A stretch of DNA of 64,000 nt from the human T2T-CHM13v2.0 reference genome, Homo sapiens, in assembly GCF_009914755.1 (NCBI RefSeq), contig NC_060937.1; one strand, given 5' to 3'. A program made the position numbers and the translations under genes. The notes under the pieces are model-generated. The model was not told where the DNA came from, did no database searches, and saw nothing but the letters and a program-made list of their open reading frames with translations. Positions 1 through 16,121 of this stretch are shown in pieces. Position 1 is the stretch's first letter; each line of letters opens with the position of its first letter.

Positions 1-1506
1 ACCTTATACAAAAATTAACTCAAGATAGAATAAAGACTTAAACTAAAAACCTAAAACCGTAAAAACACTACCTAGACAATACCATTGAGGACATAGGCAT
101 GGGCAAAGACTTCATGACTAAAACACCAAAAGCAATGGCAACAAAAGCCAAAATTGACAAATGGGATCTAATTAAACTAAAGAGCTTCTGCATAGCAAAA
201 GAAACTATCATTAGAGTGAACAGGCAACCTACAGAATGGGAGAAAATTTTTGCAATCTATCCATCTGGCAAAGATCTAATATCCAGAATCGACAAGGAAC
301 TTAAACAAATTTAAAAGAAAAAAAAGCAAACAACCCCATCAAAAGGTGGGCAAAGGATATGAACAGACACTTCTCAAAAGAAGACATTTATCTGGCCAAC
401 AAACATATGAAAAATATCTCATCATCACTGGTCATTAGAGAAATGCAAATCAAAACCACAATGAGATACTATCTCACTCCAGTTAGAATAGTGATCATTA
501 AAAAGTCAGGAACTGGCCAGGTGCAGTGGCTCACGCCTGTAATCCCAGCACTTTAGGAGGCCGAGGCCGGTGGATCACGAGGTCAGGAGATCGAGACCAT
601 CCTGGCTAACACGGTGAAACCCCATCTCTACTAAAAATACAAAAAATTAGCCGGGCATGGCAGCACGTGCCTGTAGTCCCAGCTACTTGGGAGGCTGAGG
701 CAGGAGAATGTGTGAACCCGGGAGGCGGAGCTTGCAGTGAGCCGAGATCATCATGCCACTGCACTGCAGCCTGGGGGACAGAGTGAGACTCCATCTCAAA
801 AAAAAAAAAAAAAAAAAAAAAGTCAGGAACCAACAGGTACTGGAGAGGATATGGAGAAATAGGAGCACTTTTACTCTGTTGGTGGAAGTGTAAATTAGTT
901 CAATCATTGTGTAAGATAGTGTGGCGATTCTTCAGGGATCTAGAACCAGAAATACCATTTGGTCAAGCAATCCCATTACTGGGTATATACCCAAATGATT
1001 ATAAATTATTCTTTTATAAAGACACATGCACACATATATTTATTACAGCACTATTTACAATAGCAAAACTTGGAACCAACCCAATGCCTATCAATGATAG
1101 ACTAGATAAAGAAAATGTGCCACATATACACCAGGGAATACTATGCAGCCATAAAAAAAGAATGAGCTCATGTCTTTTGCTGCGACATGGATGAAGCTGA
1201 AAACCATCATTCTCAGGAAACTAACACAGGAATAGAAAACCAAACACTGCATATTCTCACTCATATGTGGGAGTCAAACAATGAGAACACATGAACCCAG
1301 GGAGGGGAACATCATACACTGGAGCCTGTCAGAGTTTGGGGGGCTATGTGAGGGATTGCATTAGGATGAATTCCTAACGCATGCAGGGCTTAAAACCCAG
1401 ATGACAGGTTGATAGGTGCAGCAAACCATCATGGCACATGTATACCTATGTAACAAACCTGCACATGTATCCCAGAACATATAGTAAAATATAAAAATAA
1501 ATAAAT
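1..1506 (+). mobile_element. L1PA (about L1PA8-10) 3' part: ORF2 C-terminus plus 3'UTR, interrupted by AluY; continues beyond window start
   Basis: ORF2-like peptides [31 protein letters not shown] and MNRHFSKEDIY; L1PA 3'UTR (gcttaaaacccagatgacaggttgataggtgcagcaaacc); A-rich tail at about 1490-1506. Confidence 0.92.
515..820 (+). mobile_element. AluY inserted in L1
   Basis: AluY diagnostics (gagatcgagaccatcctggctaacacggtg; ggaggcggagcttgcagtgagccgag); poly(A); TSD aaaaagtcaggaac at 500-513 and 817-830. Confidence 0.95.
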
Positions 1507-1984
1507 AGTTTATTAATAATAATTATTAATGAGGCTTTTATGTCAGATACATTTTCTTATTGGTAAATATTTTTATCAGAGCTGAGCTTCAGGAAAATTT
1601 ATTTGGCAGGAAGGAATTGGATGGGTAAAAATAGGGAGAGACAGTGGAAAGGGGAAATCAAAAAATAGAATGTGTTAAAAATTCGATTTTAATGAATTAA
1701 AAATGAATTGTCACTGTGAAGTTAGTAGTGGCAAGATTCTTTTATGGACATTTTAAAAATGTAGACTCTTAATTCAGTTAGGTAAACTCACAGGTAGCTA
1801 ATTCCTATTGAAAGGCTAATGATGAATGGACAAGAATACCCTAATAGAATAGTCTTTATTCAAGAGTCATTATTTCATGATAAGTAAATATTGCTACATT
1901 CTGATAATACAAAGCAAGAGAGAAACAGTTTACTGAATCTGACTCCTTAAGCTTCTCCTTTCAAAATAAATAAATAAATTTGAT

Positions 1985-2119
1985 CTAGGCCCAGTGGCAC
2001 ACACCTGTAGTCCCAGCTACACAGCAGGCTGAAGAGGGGGATTGCTTGAGCCCAGAAGTTTGAGAACAACGTGGGCAACATAGTGAGACTCCACCTATAA
2101 ATAAATACATAAAATAAAT
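1985..2119 (+). mobile_element. Alu monomer (FLAM-like)
   Basis: Single Alu arm (cctgtagtcccagctac...gcttgagcccagaagtttgag...gggcaacatagtgagac) followed by A-rich tail. Confidence 0.8.
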
Positions 2120-2273
2120 CTAGAAAGACTTTTTAAATAATTGGCATTGGCCATAAACCCAGATAATGTCACTAATGTATTAAATATGGCAAGTTGATAA
2201 AACTTTTTTTAAGTTTGAAATTTAGCATAACTCATGTATTAAAGGTTGAAAATTTACTGGGTAGAAATAATAT

Positions 2274-2570
2274 GGCCATTATCCTTAGCAAACTAGCACG
2301 GGATCAGAACACGAAATACCTCATGTTCTCACTGATAAGTGGGAGCTAAATGATGAGAACACACAGACACATAGAGAAGAACAACACACACTAGAGCCTT
2401 TCATAGGGTGGAGGTTGGGAGGAGGGAGAGGATCAGGAAAAATAACTAATGGTACTAGTCTTAATACCTGGGTGATGAAATAATCTGTACAACAAACCCC
2501 CATGACACAAGTGTAGCTATGTAACAAACCTGCAGGTATACCCCTGAACTTAAAATAAAAGTTAAAAAAA
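2274..2570 (+). mobile_element. 5'-truncated L1PA (about L1PA13-16) 3'UTR fragment
   Basis: ggccattatccttagcaaact...ataatctgtacaacaaacccccatgacacaag...aaaataaaagttaaaaaaa. Confidence 0.88.
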
Positions 2571-3143
2571 GGAGTTCATAACAAGTACAATTTATAAGTT
2601 CAACATTATTATATGGGTGCTAACAATAAAAAATAAAAGCCTAATAGCAACACAGACAACATTTTGTGTGTTTTGCATTGTGAAATGTAGACAAAAAACA
2701 GGTAAGCAGAATACACATTTTGTTAGTTTCAAAGGGAAAGAATAAAATGGATTAATCATGATAACATCATGTAATGACATATATTTTTCTTGAAATTCTA
2801 ATATATCTGCTCTTATTTTTGGTTATCAGACTTCAAAGGGAGTGCTGTATGTACACAGTTCTGAGAGTTATAGTTAAAGGAGAACGTGTTAAGCTGGAAT
2901 TCTTCCAAACATCAGTAGTGAAGATAGAGAAAGAAAAAGAAGCCTTATCATAGAGAAGTTCTAAAGGAATAGGATCTTCCTGGCAGGAAAAGATTTCAGA
3001 CAAACATAACTTTTCAAATATTTGAAAGTCTGTCACAACAATTAGGATTTAGATATTTTATCTGGGACTATGACTAGTAGAGTATTGGAAAACAGATTTG
3101 TATGTTTAATGCCATAAAATTTTATAATAATTAGAACTGACAT

Positions 3144-3512
3144 TGATATGGTTTGGATTTGTGTCCCCACCCAAATCTCATGTTGAATCAGAGAAGAAGC
3201 CTTGTGAAGGATGATTGGATTATGGGGGCGGATTTCCCACCTGCTCTTCTCATGATAGTGAGTGACATCTTATGCGTTCTGATGATTTAAAAGTATGTGG
3301 CACGTCCCCCTTCTCTGTCTCTCTCTCTTTCTTTCCTGTTGCCATGTGAAGATGTTCTTGCTTCCTCTTCATCTTCTGCCATGATTGTAAGTTTTCTGAC
3401 ATCTGCATTCATGCTTCCTAATAAGCCAGTGGAACTGAGTCAATTAAACGTATTTTCTTCACAAGTTACCCAGTCTCAGTTCTGTATGGCAGTGTGAGAA
3501 TGGACTAATATA
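3144..3512 (+). mobile_element. MaLR solo LTR (MSTA-like)
   Basis: Starts tgatatggtttggatttgtgtccccacccaaatctcatg and ends gagaatggactaatata; near-TSD gacat/gccat. Confidence 0.88.
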
Positions 3513-4471
3513 GCCATCTTAAAATAGTTTCAGAAGGTTATCTACATGATGAGGGTTGTAAGATCCATATCACTGAGTTATTAAAACAGTGAGTGAATAG
3601 TAATTGTGTGGAATGCCAAGGCATGTGAGAATAAGCTAGTGTAGATGATCTTTCACTTTCCTTTCCTTCCTGAAAATGTACGGTTCTGTGAAAATAGAAT
3701 GTTTTTGACATCAAAAGAATGAATGAAAGTTAACATTATTTGGTCTTATTTGACAATTGCATGTTTTTTACTCAATGTTTGAAGCTTATCAGTCATTTGG
3801 GCATAGATATATAATGGTCTTTAATTTTTAAAAAAATTCTTGCTATGTTAACTAAGAATGCACAGATATTTGCTGCTGACTTTAGCATGTTTAGACAATT
3901 TTAAATATTTTAAGGCATAAGTATATTAAATGGTTTATGGCTACTCAGGCAAATTAATTTTTAGCCTTACCTAGAGACAAAAAGAGAAAACACGCTGGAC
4001 TCAGGTTAAAGCCAGAGTCAGGGTAAGACAGAAATATATTTCTGTACTTGGCCCAGCAGGCATGGAGATCCTCAGTTGACTATATCCAGACAAGGTGAAG
4101 TATCTCATCTGTGAAAACAGAGCTTAACTGCAGGCGATCAATGTCAGCCAAGTGAAGGAAACTGCAGGACTCTTAACTTCTCTCTCTGAAACAGGAGAAC
4201 CCTGAAGAAGCGCACCTGCTCATATAATCTTGTCTTCTGAAACCCTGGCAAGGGTCCACACAGGAACAGAAAGCTCTTTTTAAGTATTTCTGATATATGT
4301 GAGTTGACCAATTATGAATAGTATTTCGTTGTATGTGTGTGTGTCTCCTTGTGTTTAAAACTAGCCAACATGTTTTCACATGTGTGTATCCTGCCAATAT
4401 GTTTTATTCTTTAATTCATATTATGTGTTAATATCAGTCACATACAAAAGTATGATATGGCTCTGTTATAT

Positions 4472-5640
<1,169 letters not shown>

Positions 5641-6401
5641 ATGTAGCTGCTACCTGCAGGCAGGTAGTCTGGATGTTTGTTCCAGTTTGGCTGAGTCCTG
5701 GATTTTTATGGGCTCAGAATGGAGGAAGTACATACTGATTGGTCCATGGGCAGCCACAGGCCAGCCTGGAGAAGGCACTGTAAGTTTTCACTCCTGTCTG
5801 CAGACTCCACCTGGAACTGACAGCCTGAATTCTTCAGGCCATCCCTGGCTTGAAGGTGGGGCTTCACAAGGGATCTGCCCCTTTCTGCCCAGAAGACTGT
5901 CTGCCTCCGTGGTATCGAGGCCTATGCGGAGCCACCCTCAGGAACCCACCTCACCCTCCCTCCCGTGCTCTTCAACGCCCAAAGTTCTGAGGGGGCCAAG
6001 GTGGCCGGGGGCTTTCATGTCAGCGTTGCCCCGAGTGTGTGCACAGTTGGCCAGGTTGTGACAGCCCCCAGGCTCAGCCTCAACTTTGCTCCAAAATTGA
6101 AGTGGACACCAGGAACAGGGAGAGGCTGGCCAATGGGAGCAGGCACTTCCTAGCCTTCAGGCGTGGGGAGGCTTCCCTGGTCCCTGAGGTGCAGGGGTGC
6201 CCGGGTCCTCAACCAAGGCTGGACAGTTGCAGCTGTGCCTGGGAGGGTGGGGATCCCTCCCTGCCAACTTGGAAGGGGGTGGAGCTCCCACCTGTTTCTG
6301 GATCCCACTGGCTCTGTGGAGTCTGCAGCCCTGGTCATGCCTCCCATGCTGCAGCCAGCATCTTCACAGCGGCTGTTCCACACCAGCCACCGCTGCCATC
6401 A
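5641..6401 (-). mobile_element. ERV1 LTR fragment, MER52/LTR27-28-like
   Basis: GC-rich block with ggctgagtcctggatttttatgggctcagaatggaggaag...tgattggtccatgggcagcc; ends cgctgccatca (reverse complement of TGATGGCAGCG LTR start). Explains the ORF cluster at 5687-6508. Confidence 0.75.
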
Positions 6402-6708
6402 GTGGTAGTACAACTCTGAAGCTATGTTGTTACAACGCAAGAAAAGTAACTGTTATCGCATATACTATATCCCTGATGGTAAAAATGTTGAGTAGAAATC
6501 ACAGATAAATATAATAAAAATATAAGAATGCTATCAAGTTGGAAATCAAGCATAATTACTCCCAATTAAATATTGAGTAAAAAATAAAATTACAAATAAG
6601 CCTTTGAAATATTTAATATAAATTAAAAGTTTGACATAGAAAAACTCGTAGGTACAAGAATAGCAGTTACAGAATAAATAGAATTCAAATGAAAGGCAGG
6701 AAAGAGTA

Positions 6709-6875
6709 CAGATGTTTCTCAACTTACAATGGGTTTATATGCCAACAAGCTCTTTGTAAATCCCATTGTACAGTAGAAAAATCACAAGTTGAATCATTGT
6801 AAGACAAGAGGCTCCTCCTCCACTTATGATGGGGTGGGGTTACATCCTGATAAACCCATTGTACAATTAAAAATC
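6709..6875 (+). mobile_element. Tigger-family DNA transposon fragment (MER47/Tigger5-like)
   Basis: ta|cagatgtttctcaacttacaatggg and cttatgatggggtggggttacatcctgataaacccattgta resemble recalled MER47 termini. Confidence 0.6.
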
Positions 6876-7539
6876 TTTATGTCAAACAATAAGGTGGGAT
6901 TGTGTGTATGTGAGCAAAAAGAACAAAAAACACAACAAACTGTAAAAAGAGAGCAGCAATGGTCAAAATTACAATGATAAATAGTACAAAACCAAAAAAG
7001 AAATACATTTGAAGACATATATACCAGCTTCCCCTTCCCTACATACTCATCTTGGTATTTCGTATAAATATATTAGATCAAGTAGTTTTACTAATAAGTT
7101 TTTCTCTATCTTCAAATGATAACCAATTCCTCCATTATTCAAATATATTATAAAAATATGAAATTTTCACATGTTAAAATTATGACGTAATGCTAGTACA
7201 ACTATGAAGTTAGTAGGAGACAACAGAATAAAAACCATAAAACATTTCCAATTTGGCTAATAAAAATAGTTGCATTAAAATACAAGCAATTGAATTTCTA
7301 CAAAATATGAGAAAATAATAACAGCATATGCCTAAGTAGAATTTAATTAAATAATATAAAGATATTTTAGCATTTTTTAATATAAGTAAACTCTTACAAC
7401 CTAAAGCTCTAAGTCCTTAGGATTATAAAATTAGACACAAGAAGCATTAATCAATTTGATACTAATTTTTGGTATAATTCAACAATATTAAAATAAAAAG
7501 GATCATAGACACATGGATAGTACAAGGGTTGCTAGTCAC

Positions 7540-8932
<1,393 letters not shown>

Positions 8933-10098
8933 TAGATCCGAATTTGTCTTATTTTCAGTCAGTACCCCTTAAGATACATCTGATACCTATAACCCATGGT
9001 CTTCCAGTGCTCACTCAATATTGAGTTAACTCCTAATTTATGTAAACATAAGAGTTTTTTATTTAATTTTCAACTACAACATATATTTTAAATGTTATGT
9101 TTTACATATTTATATATGTGTGTGTTAGAATGCAGTGGGCTTGAGTTGGGATTCAGTCAGATCAATCCAGTTCACCATATTTATTCTTAATTTAAAATTA
9201 AGTGAGAATGAAACGATATGGAAAATAAGATCAAAATATATATAGCATACAAGTGCTTCTGCCCAAGTTGAGTCATAAATATGTGTGTTTATTTGTATAT
9301 GTTTGTGTTATAAATCACTGTACATTTACTACCAGGCTACATGGGAAAGGGAGCCTGCTCAGAACATGGTTAACAATACTAATACAAATGCTTATTTGGG
9401 GTACCGTATTTTTGGGGGGCAAACTTTATTTTAGATTTTTTCTGAAATTTGTTTTTTAACATTTAACAATACCTTGTAGAAATATCTCCAAGGTGAATTT
9501 CATTGTTCTAATACATTGTTTGCTCATGTCTACATACAATTTTATTATGTAGACATCTCATGATTTCTTCAATTCTTCTTTACTAATTGAAATTTTCTCT
9601 GTGGAATAACGGAATAATTGTTCTAACATATGTGTCCTTAGTGTCACCATTTATCTCTATAGGATAAATTATACAAATTGAATTTTGCTCCTTAATCCTC
9701 ACAATTCCGTAGAGTAAGTTTACTGTTGTTATAGCCATGGAACCTAATACTGTTATTCCATTTCCTCTCTATGTGCATATCAGCAAATGTATAAGAGGAC
9801 AAATATAATTAATTGATATATAAATGGTACAAATTCATATGTATGTTTCAAATTTTCCTCCTTGATGTACCTGGCATAGCTCTAAAATAGATTACTAGTT
9901 CTATTGTAGCTATTTCCAAATCTGATGTTCTACTGGTGTGCAATTATCTTGTTTATGGTAAACATTTGCCTCAAGTAACTAATCCTCTTAATCTCCTGAT
10001 CTCCCAGGGAGATTTCCTCAAGGCAGAAAAAAAGCCTCATCTTCTAATGGGCCATAAAATATTATCATCTTAGTGTGTGCTTTAATAGAAAAATGTTT

Positions 10099-10399
<301 letters not shown>

Positions 10400-11016
10400 A
10401 GAAAAATGTTTGGGAGTTGTCTTAGTGATTTGGTGGATTTGCAAGATTCATAACTGAACTATGTCTCTGATAAAAAGTGATTTAGGTGGACAGAATTATA
10501 CATTCTTGGTCAGACACCAAAATCTGAATGAATTTCTAGACAGTAATATTTTAAGTGATATCCAAATGAAATACACAACATATTATTTTTGAAGAGGTCT
10601 TAACCATTGCAAACTTTTGCTTAACAATATGCAGTGCTTGAGTTTTTTTTTTTGTTTTGTCTTGTTTCCCCCATATTTTCTCATTATAGCTGAACTGAAT
10701 TTATTAAGCTTAAATTTATTAAGCCAGGCAGGCTGCTTAATACATTTTGTACAGGAATGATTTTGACAAGAATTTTTTTTTGAATTTGCTTTCTAAAAAG
10801 TGTGATAGGATGAACACGGATGAGGCTATGATCTTAGAGATAAACTGTCACGGAGCAGTCAAGTTACACTTCTCTTAGACATAGTATACTTTCTGTGACA
10901 TGGTTTGATTTTTGCCTTGAAGTTGGTAACATAGCTTTTCTTGGATATTCTTTACTTCATTTTAGATTTTAAAAATGGAGAGGGCCTTGGATGTCTCTTT
11001 ATGTCAACATATGTGT

Positions 11017-11073
11017 AAATTTAAGTGTTTTTAAATAATACCAAATTTAAGTGTATTTAAATAATACCAAATT
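11017..11073. repeat. 26-bp tandem duplication
   Basis: aaatttaagtgtttttaaataatacc / aaatttaagtgtatttaaataatacc (1 mismatch). Confidence 0.85.
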
Positions 11074-12960
11074 GAAATACTGTTGTGAGAAAGTTCTTCA
11101 CGGTTTCCAAATTTTGGTACATCTTACAAGCAGCGACACTAACAAATTTGTTCCTGATTATCTTTTTCAGGGATATCTGTACAGCAAACAGCCTTGGAAG
11201 GTACGGAGATTGTCTCCTGCATAAACAAACGGAGACACACTTACTTCAAGTATAAAATTTTGGATCTGCTAAGCTCAAGTTTCTGCCTTTCAATGAAATT
11301 TGTTGCTTTTGTAGATGTTAATCTGGTTCTGTTCTCATCACCTTTTGGGAATTTGGGCTCAGAGAACTTCCACACACAAAATAACTGATACTATGCAGCT
11401 ATTATTGAGGACTGACAATACGCCTTGTCTCATGCGTTTGGCCACATGAAATATTGTGGCAGCCTAACTTGTTAGACTACAAATACAATAAAACTTCAGA
11501 TCATTTTAGTTTTGTAAAACACTAAATAAGATAGAATTAAATTATTTACAAGTATAACTTCATAATCTTATACAATTACATATGCATAGGCATACAGAAG
11601 GTTTTTTTTTTTCCTTTTTAAAAAACACCTCATATGTTTCACAGTGTATCCAAAGACACAAAATAGTATATATTAATATATTTTCCCACAAAATGTCTAC
11701 ATCAAGTTTAAAGATAAAATGCTAGTGAGAAAATCTTTTAACTGAATTGTTATATAGCTTCTTTAAACACACTGCTGTGACAATAATTGTCTTTTAACAA
11801 ACATGAACCTTAGAAATTCTTATAACCCCATCATTTAGTTTGTTAGACATTTTAATGCTTTAGTGCTCAACTAAAGCATTTTAAACATTTAGGTACTTAC
11901 TCTATGCTTCCAAATATGTTTTAGATGCAGATTTCTTTGATTTTATACTGAAATTCCCTACTTACAAAATCACAGATTGAATGGTAGGAGAGTAATGGAA
12001 AGCAATAGAATCTACTTGCTTGTCTCGAATATATGCACAAGAAAATGGCAGAGCACAACTAAATGGAGCACATCCAAACTAATATCTTAAAGAATTCGTT
12101 TAAATGTGCATTTCCACCCCAGTGTTTGGTACCATAAGAAACCGAGTCCGATAACTGAACATTTTACAATCAATAGAGGAAAAAGTGCAAAGTTCCAATG
12201 AGAACATATTTGATATTAGCACTGAATAATTAATTTTCGAGCCGATGTCTTCTCATTGTGGTTGTAAAAAATTGTTATTATAGCACCAAAACAATCACAA
12301 TAATTACAATTTGTACAAAGACACTGTTGAGAATATTACGTATTTAGTATAGTGTTATTTGAAAATACTCCTTGATTCGGTTTTCATTTGAGCTTTCATA
12401 GCCTGAAAGATTTGGCCCACTATAAGATGGTCGTATTTCACTTGTTTGATTCAAATAGCACATATTGACAACCAAAATATTCAGGACAAGTAATTCTAAG
12501 TTAAAGCAAGACCAAAATAAAACTCTCTACAAATAAAATAGATTTTCAGTTTTTACTACTGTCTAATATACTAATGTTTGATTATATCCTAATAAAATCA
12601 TGTAGGTCTTAATGTATATTAGGTGCCTTTAATAAGTTGTATGCTTTTCCTCTGATAGCATTAACAGAAATCCTTCCTCCTAAATGTGGTGGAATATGAC
12701 CTTACTTTAAAGTACTCTTAATTTGCTTTTCAAACATGGCAGGATCATTAGAGGATCAACATATATCTGTAAGTATATGTATTCCTAACTGTAAATACAT
12801 TAAAATGTATACAGCAATATAAATCACATTGTTTATCATTAAATAATAAATTTATATTTTTCAACATGAACAAAATATATAGTACAATGGTTTAAGATTT
12901 AGTCACATTTAAAATAAAATAATTAATGACATTATCCTGCAGGTATTTCATTATAAACAA

Positions 12961-13267
12961 TGTGTTAATTGCTTGAGCTGCTGTAACAAAGTTCCACAAA
13001 CTGGATGGCTTAAAAAATCAGAATTTTATTTTCTCACAGTTACATAAATAAGAAGTCAAAAATCAAAATGTCTACAGAGTTGGTTCCCTCTGAGGTTGGG
13101 GCCTCATGAGGATGGGCCTCCATCCTTGGCTTGTGTATGGCCATATTTTCTCTATATCTCATTATATAGTTTTCCTTTTATAATGTCTCTGTGTCCAAAT
13201 TTCCCATTTTTGTAAGGACACCAATCATTGGATTAGGGCTTAAAACAATGAACTCATTTTAACTTTA
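12961..13267 (-). mobile_element. MLT1 (B/C-like) MaLR LTR, truncated
   Basis: gctgctgtaacaaagttccacaaactggatggcttaaa...ttctcacagtt...taaggacaccaatcattggattaggg. Confidence 0.8.
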
Positions 13268-13285
13268 TGATTTGATTTCATTTTA

Positions 13286-14288
13286 ACAGAAATCAAATCA
13301 GTGTGGTATTATCAAAGAGGAAGAATTATACACCAATGCAATATAGTAGAGGGCTCACATATGAACCCCTGTATACATGGTCAAATCATTTTTGGCAGTG
13401 ATTCTAGGACGATTCAATGAGAAAAGGACAGTCTTTTCGAGAAATGCTTTAGGGAAAACTGAATATCCACAGGCAAAATAAAGTTGAACCCTTTCCTAAC
13501 ACCATATATAAAAATTAACTCAAAATTGATCAAAGACTAAACACAAGAGCTAAAACTGTAACTTTTAAAAGAAAACACAGGATATAAATCTTCAGACATC
13601 AGTCTGGCAATGATTTCACTGATATGACAAAAAACACAGGCAACAAAAAATATATGGATGAAATGCATTATGTCAAAATTAAAAATGTACATTAAAGAAC
13701 AGACTCAACAAAGTACAAAGGCAGATTATGGAATGAGAGAAAATGTTTTCAAATTAATTATCTGGTAAGGGATTAATATACATTACATATAAATAATTCT
13801 TACAATTCCACAACAAAAGATCAAAGAACCCAATTTTAAAATGGGCAAAGAACTTGAATAGACATTTCTCCAAAGAGTATATACAAATTGTCAATGTGTA
13901 TATGAAAAGATGTTCAACATCATTAAGTATTAGAGAAGTGCAAAGTTAAACTACAGTGATATACCACCTTATTCCATTATTAGGATAGCAACTCCCTAAT
14001 AAACAGGAAATAACAAGTGTTGGCAATTTATGTGAGTAAATTGGATCCCTTGGCCACTATTGGTGGGAATGTGAAATGGAGTCTCTGAAGAACAGTATCA
14101 TGGTTCTTATAAAAACTAAAAATATATTTACCAGCAATTCCACTTCTGGTTACATTACCCAAATAATAATTTAAATAAGGACTCAAGGAAATATTTGTAC
14201 ACCCATGTTTATAGCAGCATTACTCACAATAGAGAAAAGGTAGAAATAATCCAAGTGTCTGCTCCTAAAAAAATAAATAGATAAAACA

Positions 14289-14376
<88 letters not shown>

Positions 14377-14795
14377 TAGAATATTATTTTGCCTTAAAGA
14401 AGAAGAAAATTCTGACACATGCTGTAACATGGATCAACCTGGAAGTCATTAGGTTAAGTCAATTAAATCAATCACAAAAGGACTACTACTATATGACTTC
14501 ACTTACATGAGGTACAGTAGATAAATTCATAGAGACAGAAAGTAGATTTAGAGAAGTTAAATTGATACAGGCAGGAAGTAGAATGATGATTATGAGGGGC
14601 TGAGAAGAGGGGGAAATGGGGAGTTATGTTTAGTGGGTACATAATTTCAACTTTGCAAAATGAAAAGTGTTCTCTGGATGGGTGGCAGTGATGATTGAAC
14701 AACAATATGAATATATTAATGCCACTGGACTGTACAGTTAAAAAAATTTAAGATGGTAAAATTTATATGTGCATTTTCCCACAATGAAAATAATA
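13286..14795 (+). mobile_element. L1MB-type 3' fragment (ORF2 end plus 3'UTR)
   Basis: aaaaattaactcaaaattgatcaaagac; aaatgggcaaagaacttgaatagacatttctccaaaga; 3'UTR ttaatgccactggactgtacagttaaaa. Confidence 0.88.
14291..14371. repeat. Compound (CA)n(GA)n microsatellite
   Basis: Directly visible. Confidence 0.97.
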
Positions 14796-15380
14796 ATTAT
14801 TATTACTTCATAAAGGGGATATTCTAATAAATCATGATGATATAAATATCATTAGTTGAATTTTACACACCTAAAGATGTTCTATCTTTAGAGGTTTATC
14901 TTTTCAATGTTAAAAAGTGGCATTATATTCCTACAACTGCTAATATCAGCAAAATAAATAATACATTTGACATGAATGCAATGTTGATAATCTCTATAAT
15001 AAAAATCTAATTTAAATTTTATTTTTTAAAAAGATGGGGGAATGAACCATGTTCTATTTTAATTAAAATTAATCTGAAAAAATATGAAATCTGTTACATC
15101 CACTAGACCTGTCTTGCACTAGAATGTCAGCCATTTTATTACGATACCTCCAGGAAACAATAAAATCTTAAAGTAGATAATATGTTGTACGGGCTATTAC
15201 GGCTTTTAAAATAATATGTGCATACACCTATATGTATATTTATATTTATTATAATACAATTCTCTCAGGGATATATTTAAAGATATTAGTAAATTATAAT
15301 GCATTAATAGAAAAGCAGTGACCAATTTTTCATTATTCTTATTAAAATAATCTGTAAATGTTTGTTTCTATCTGTAAGGC

Positions 15381-15731
15381 TGTGTTCAGTTGCTAGGGCT
15401 TCAACAAAAAAAAATGTTAAAGACTAGGTGGCTTAAACAACAAAAACATTTTCTCACAGTTCTAAAAGCTAGAAGTCAGAAAACAAGGTGTCAAGATGGT
15501 TTGTTTCTTCTGATGCCTTGTAGATGACTGTCTACTCTCAGTGTCTTCATATTTTCTTCCCTCTGTCTGTGCCTGAGCCTAAATTGCCTTTTCTTATAAG
15601 TACACAGTCATGTTGGATTAGGAATCACCTTAATAATCTGGTTTTTACTTCCTCTGTAAAGGCGCTTGAGGAATTAAGAATTAGAATTGCAACATATGAA
15701 TTTTTGAAGTGACACAATTCAATCCATAACA
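15381..15731 (-). mobile_element. MLT1 (A/B-like) solo LTR
   Basis: gactaggtggcttaaacaac...ttctcacagttct...caacatatgaattttt...gacacaattcaatccataaca. Confidence 0.8.
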
Positions 15732-16075
15732 ACTCTGGATGCCAGAAAGCGGAGATTTTATCAAGGCTCACTCAAAATAAGTTTCTTAAAGTTACTATTA
15801 TTTTCATCATTAATATTGTTATTAATCTGTGTAGGACAATTGCATGGGAGGCAGCTACTTCAGGTAATTACTGTGAAATTTTAGAACCTGATGTTTGTGA
15901 ATTCTCTCTACTGAAACTGCTGATATTTGTAAATTCTATCTTCTGAAATTAAATCTATTTATTAGATTTTAAGGGAAAAACAAGTGATAAAGCTTAACTA
16001 AAGCTGCATATATCAAAACCTTATGTTGCTTTTTAGGAACAATACAAATGGCTATTGTTCTTTCTTATTTGACAG

Positions 16076-16078
<3 letters not shown>

Positions 16079-16115
<37 letters not shown>
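16079..16115. repeat. (TG)n microsatellite
   Basis: Directly visible. Confidence 0.97.

Positions 16116-16121
<6 letters not shown>

Noticed and set aside
5687-6508. Cluster of overlapping 60-126 aa ORFs
   Set aside because: They lie within a GC-rich MER52-like LTR, where stop codons are scarce; no recognisable protein.
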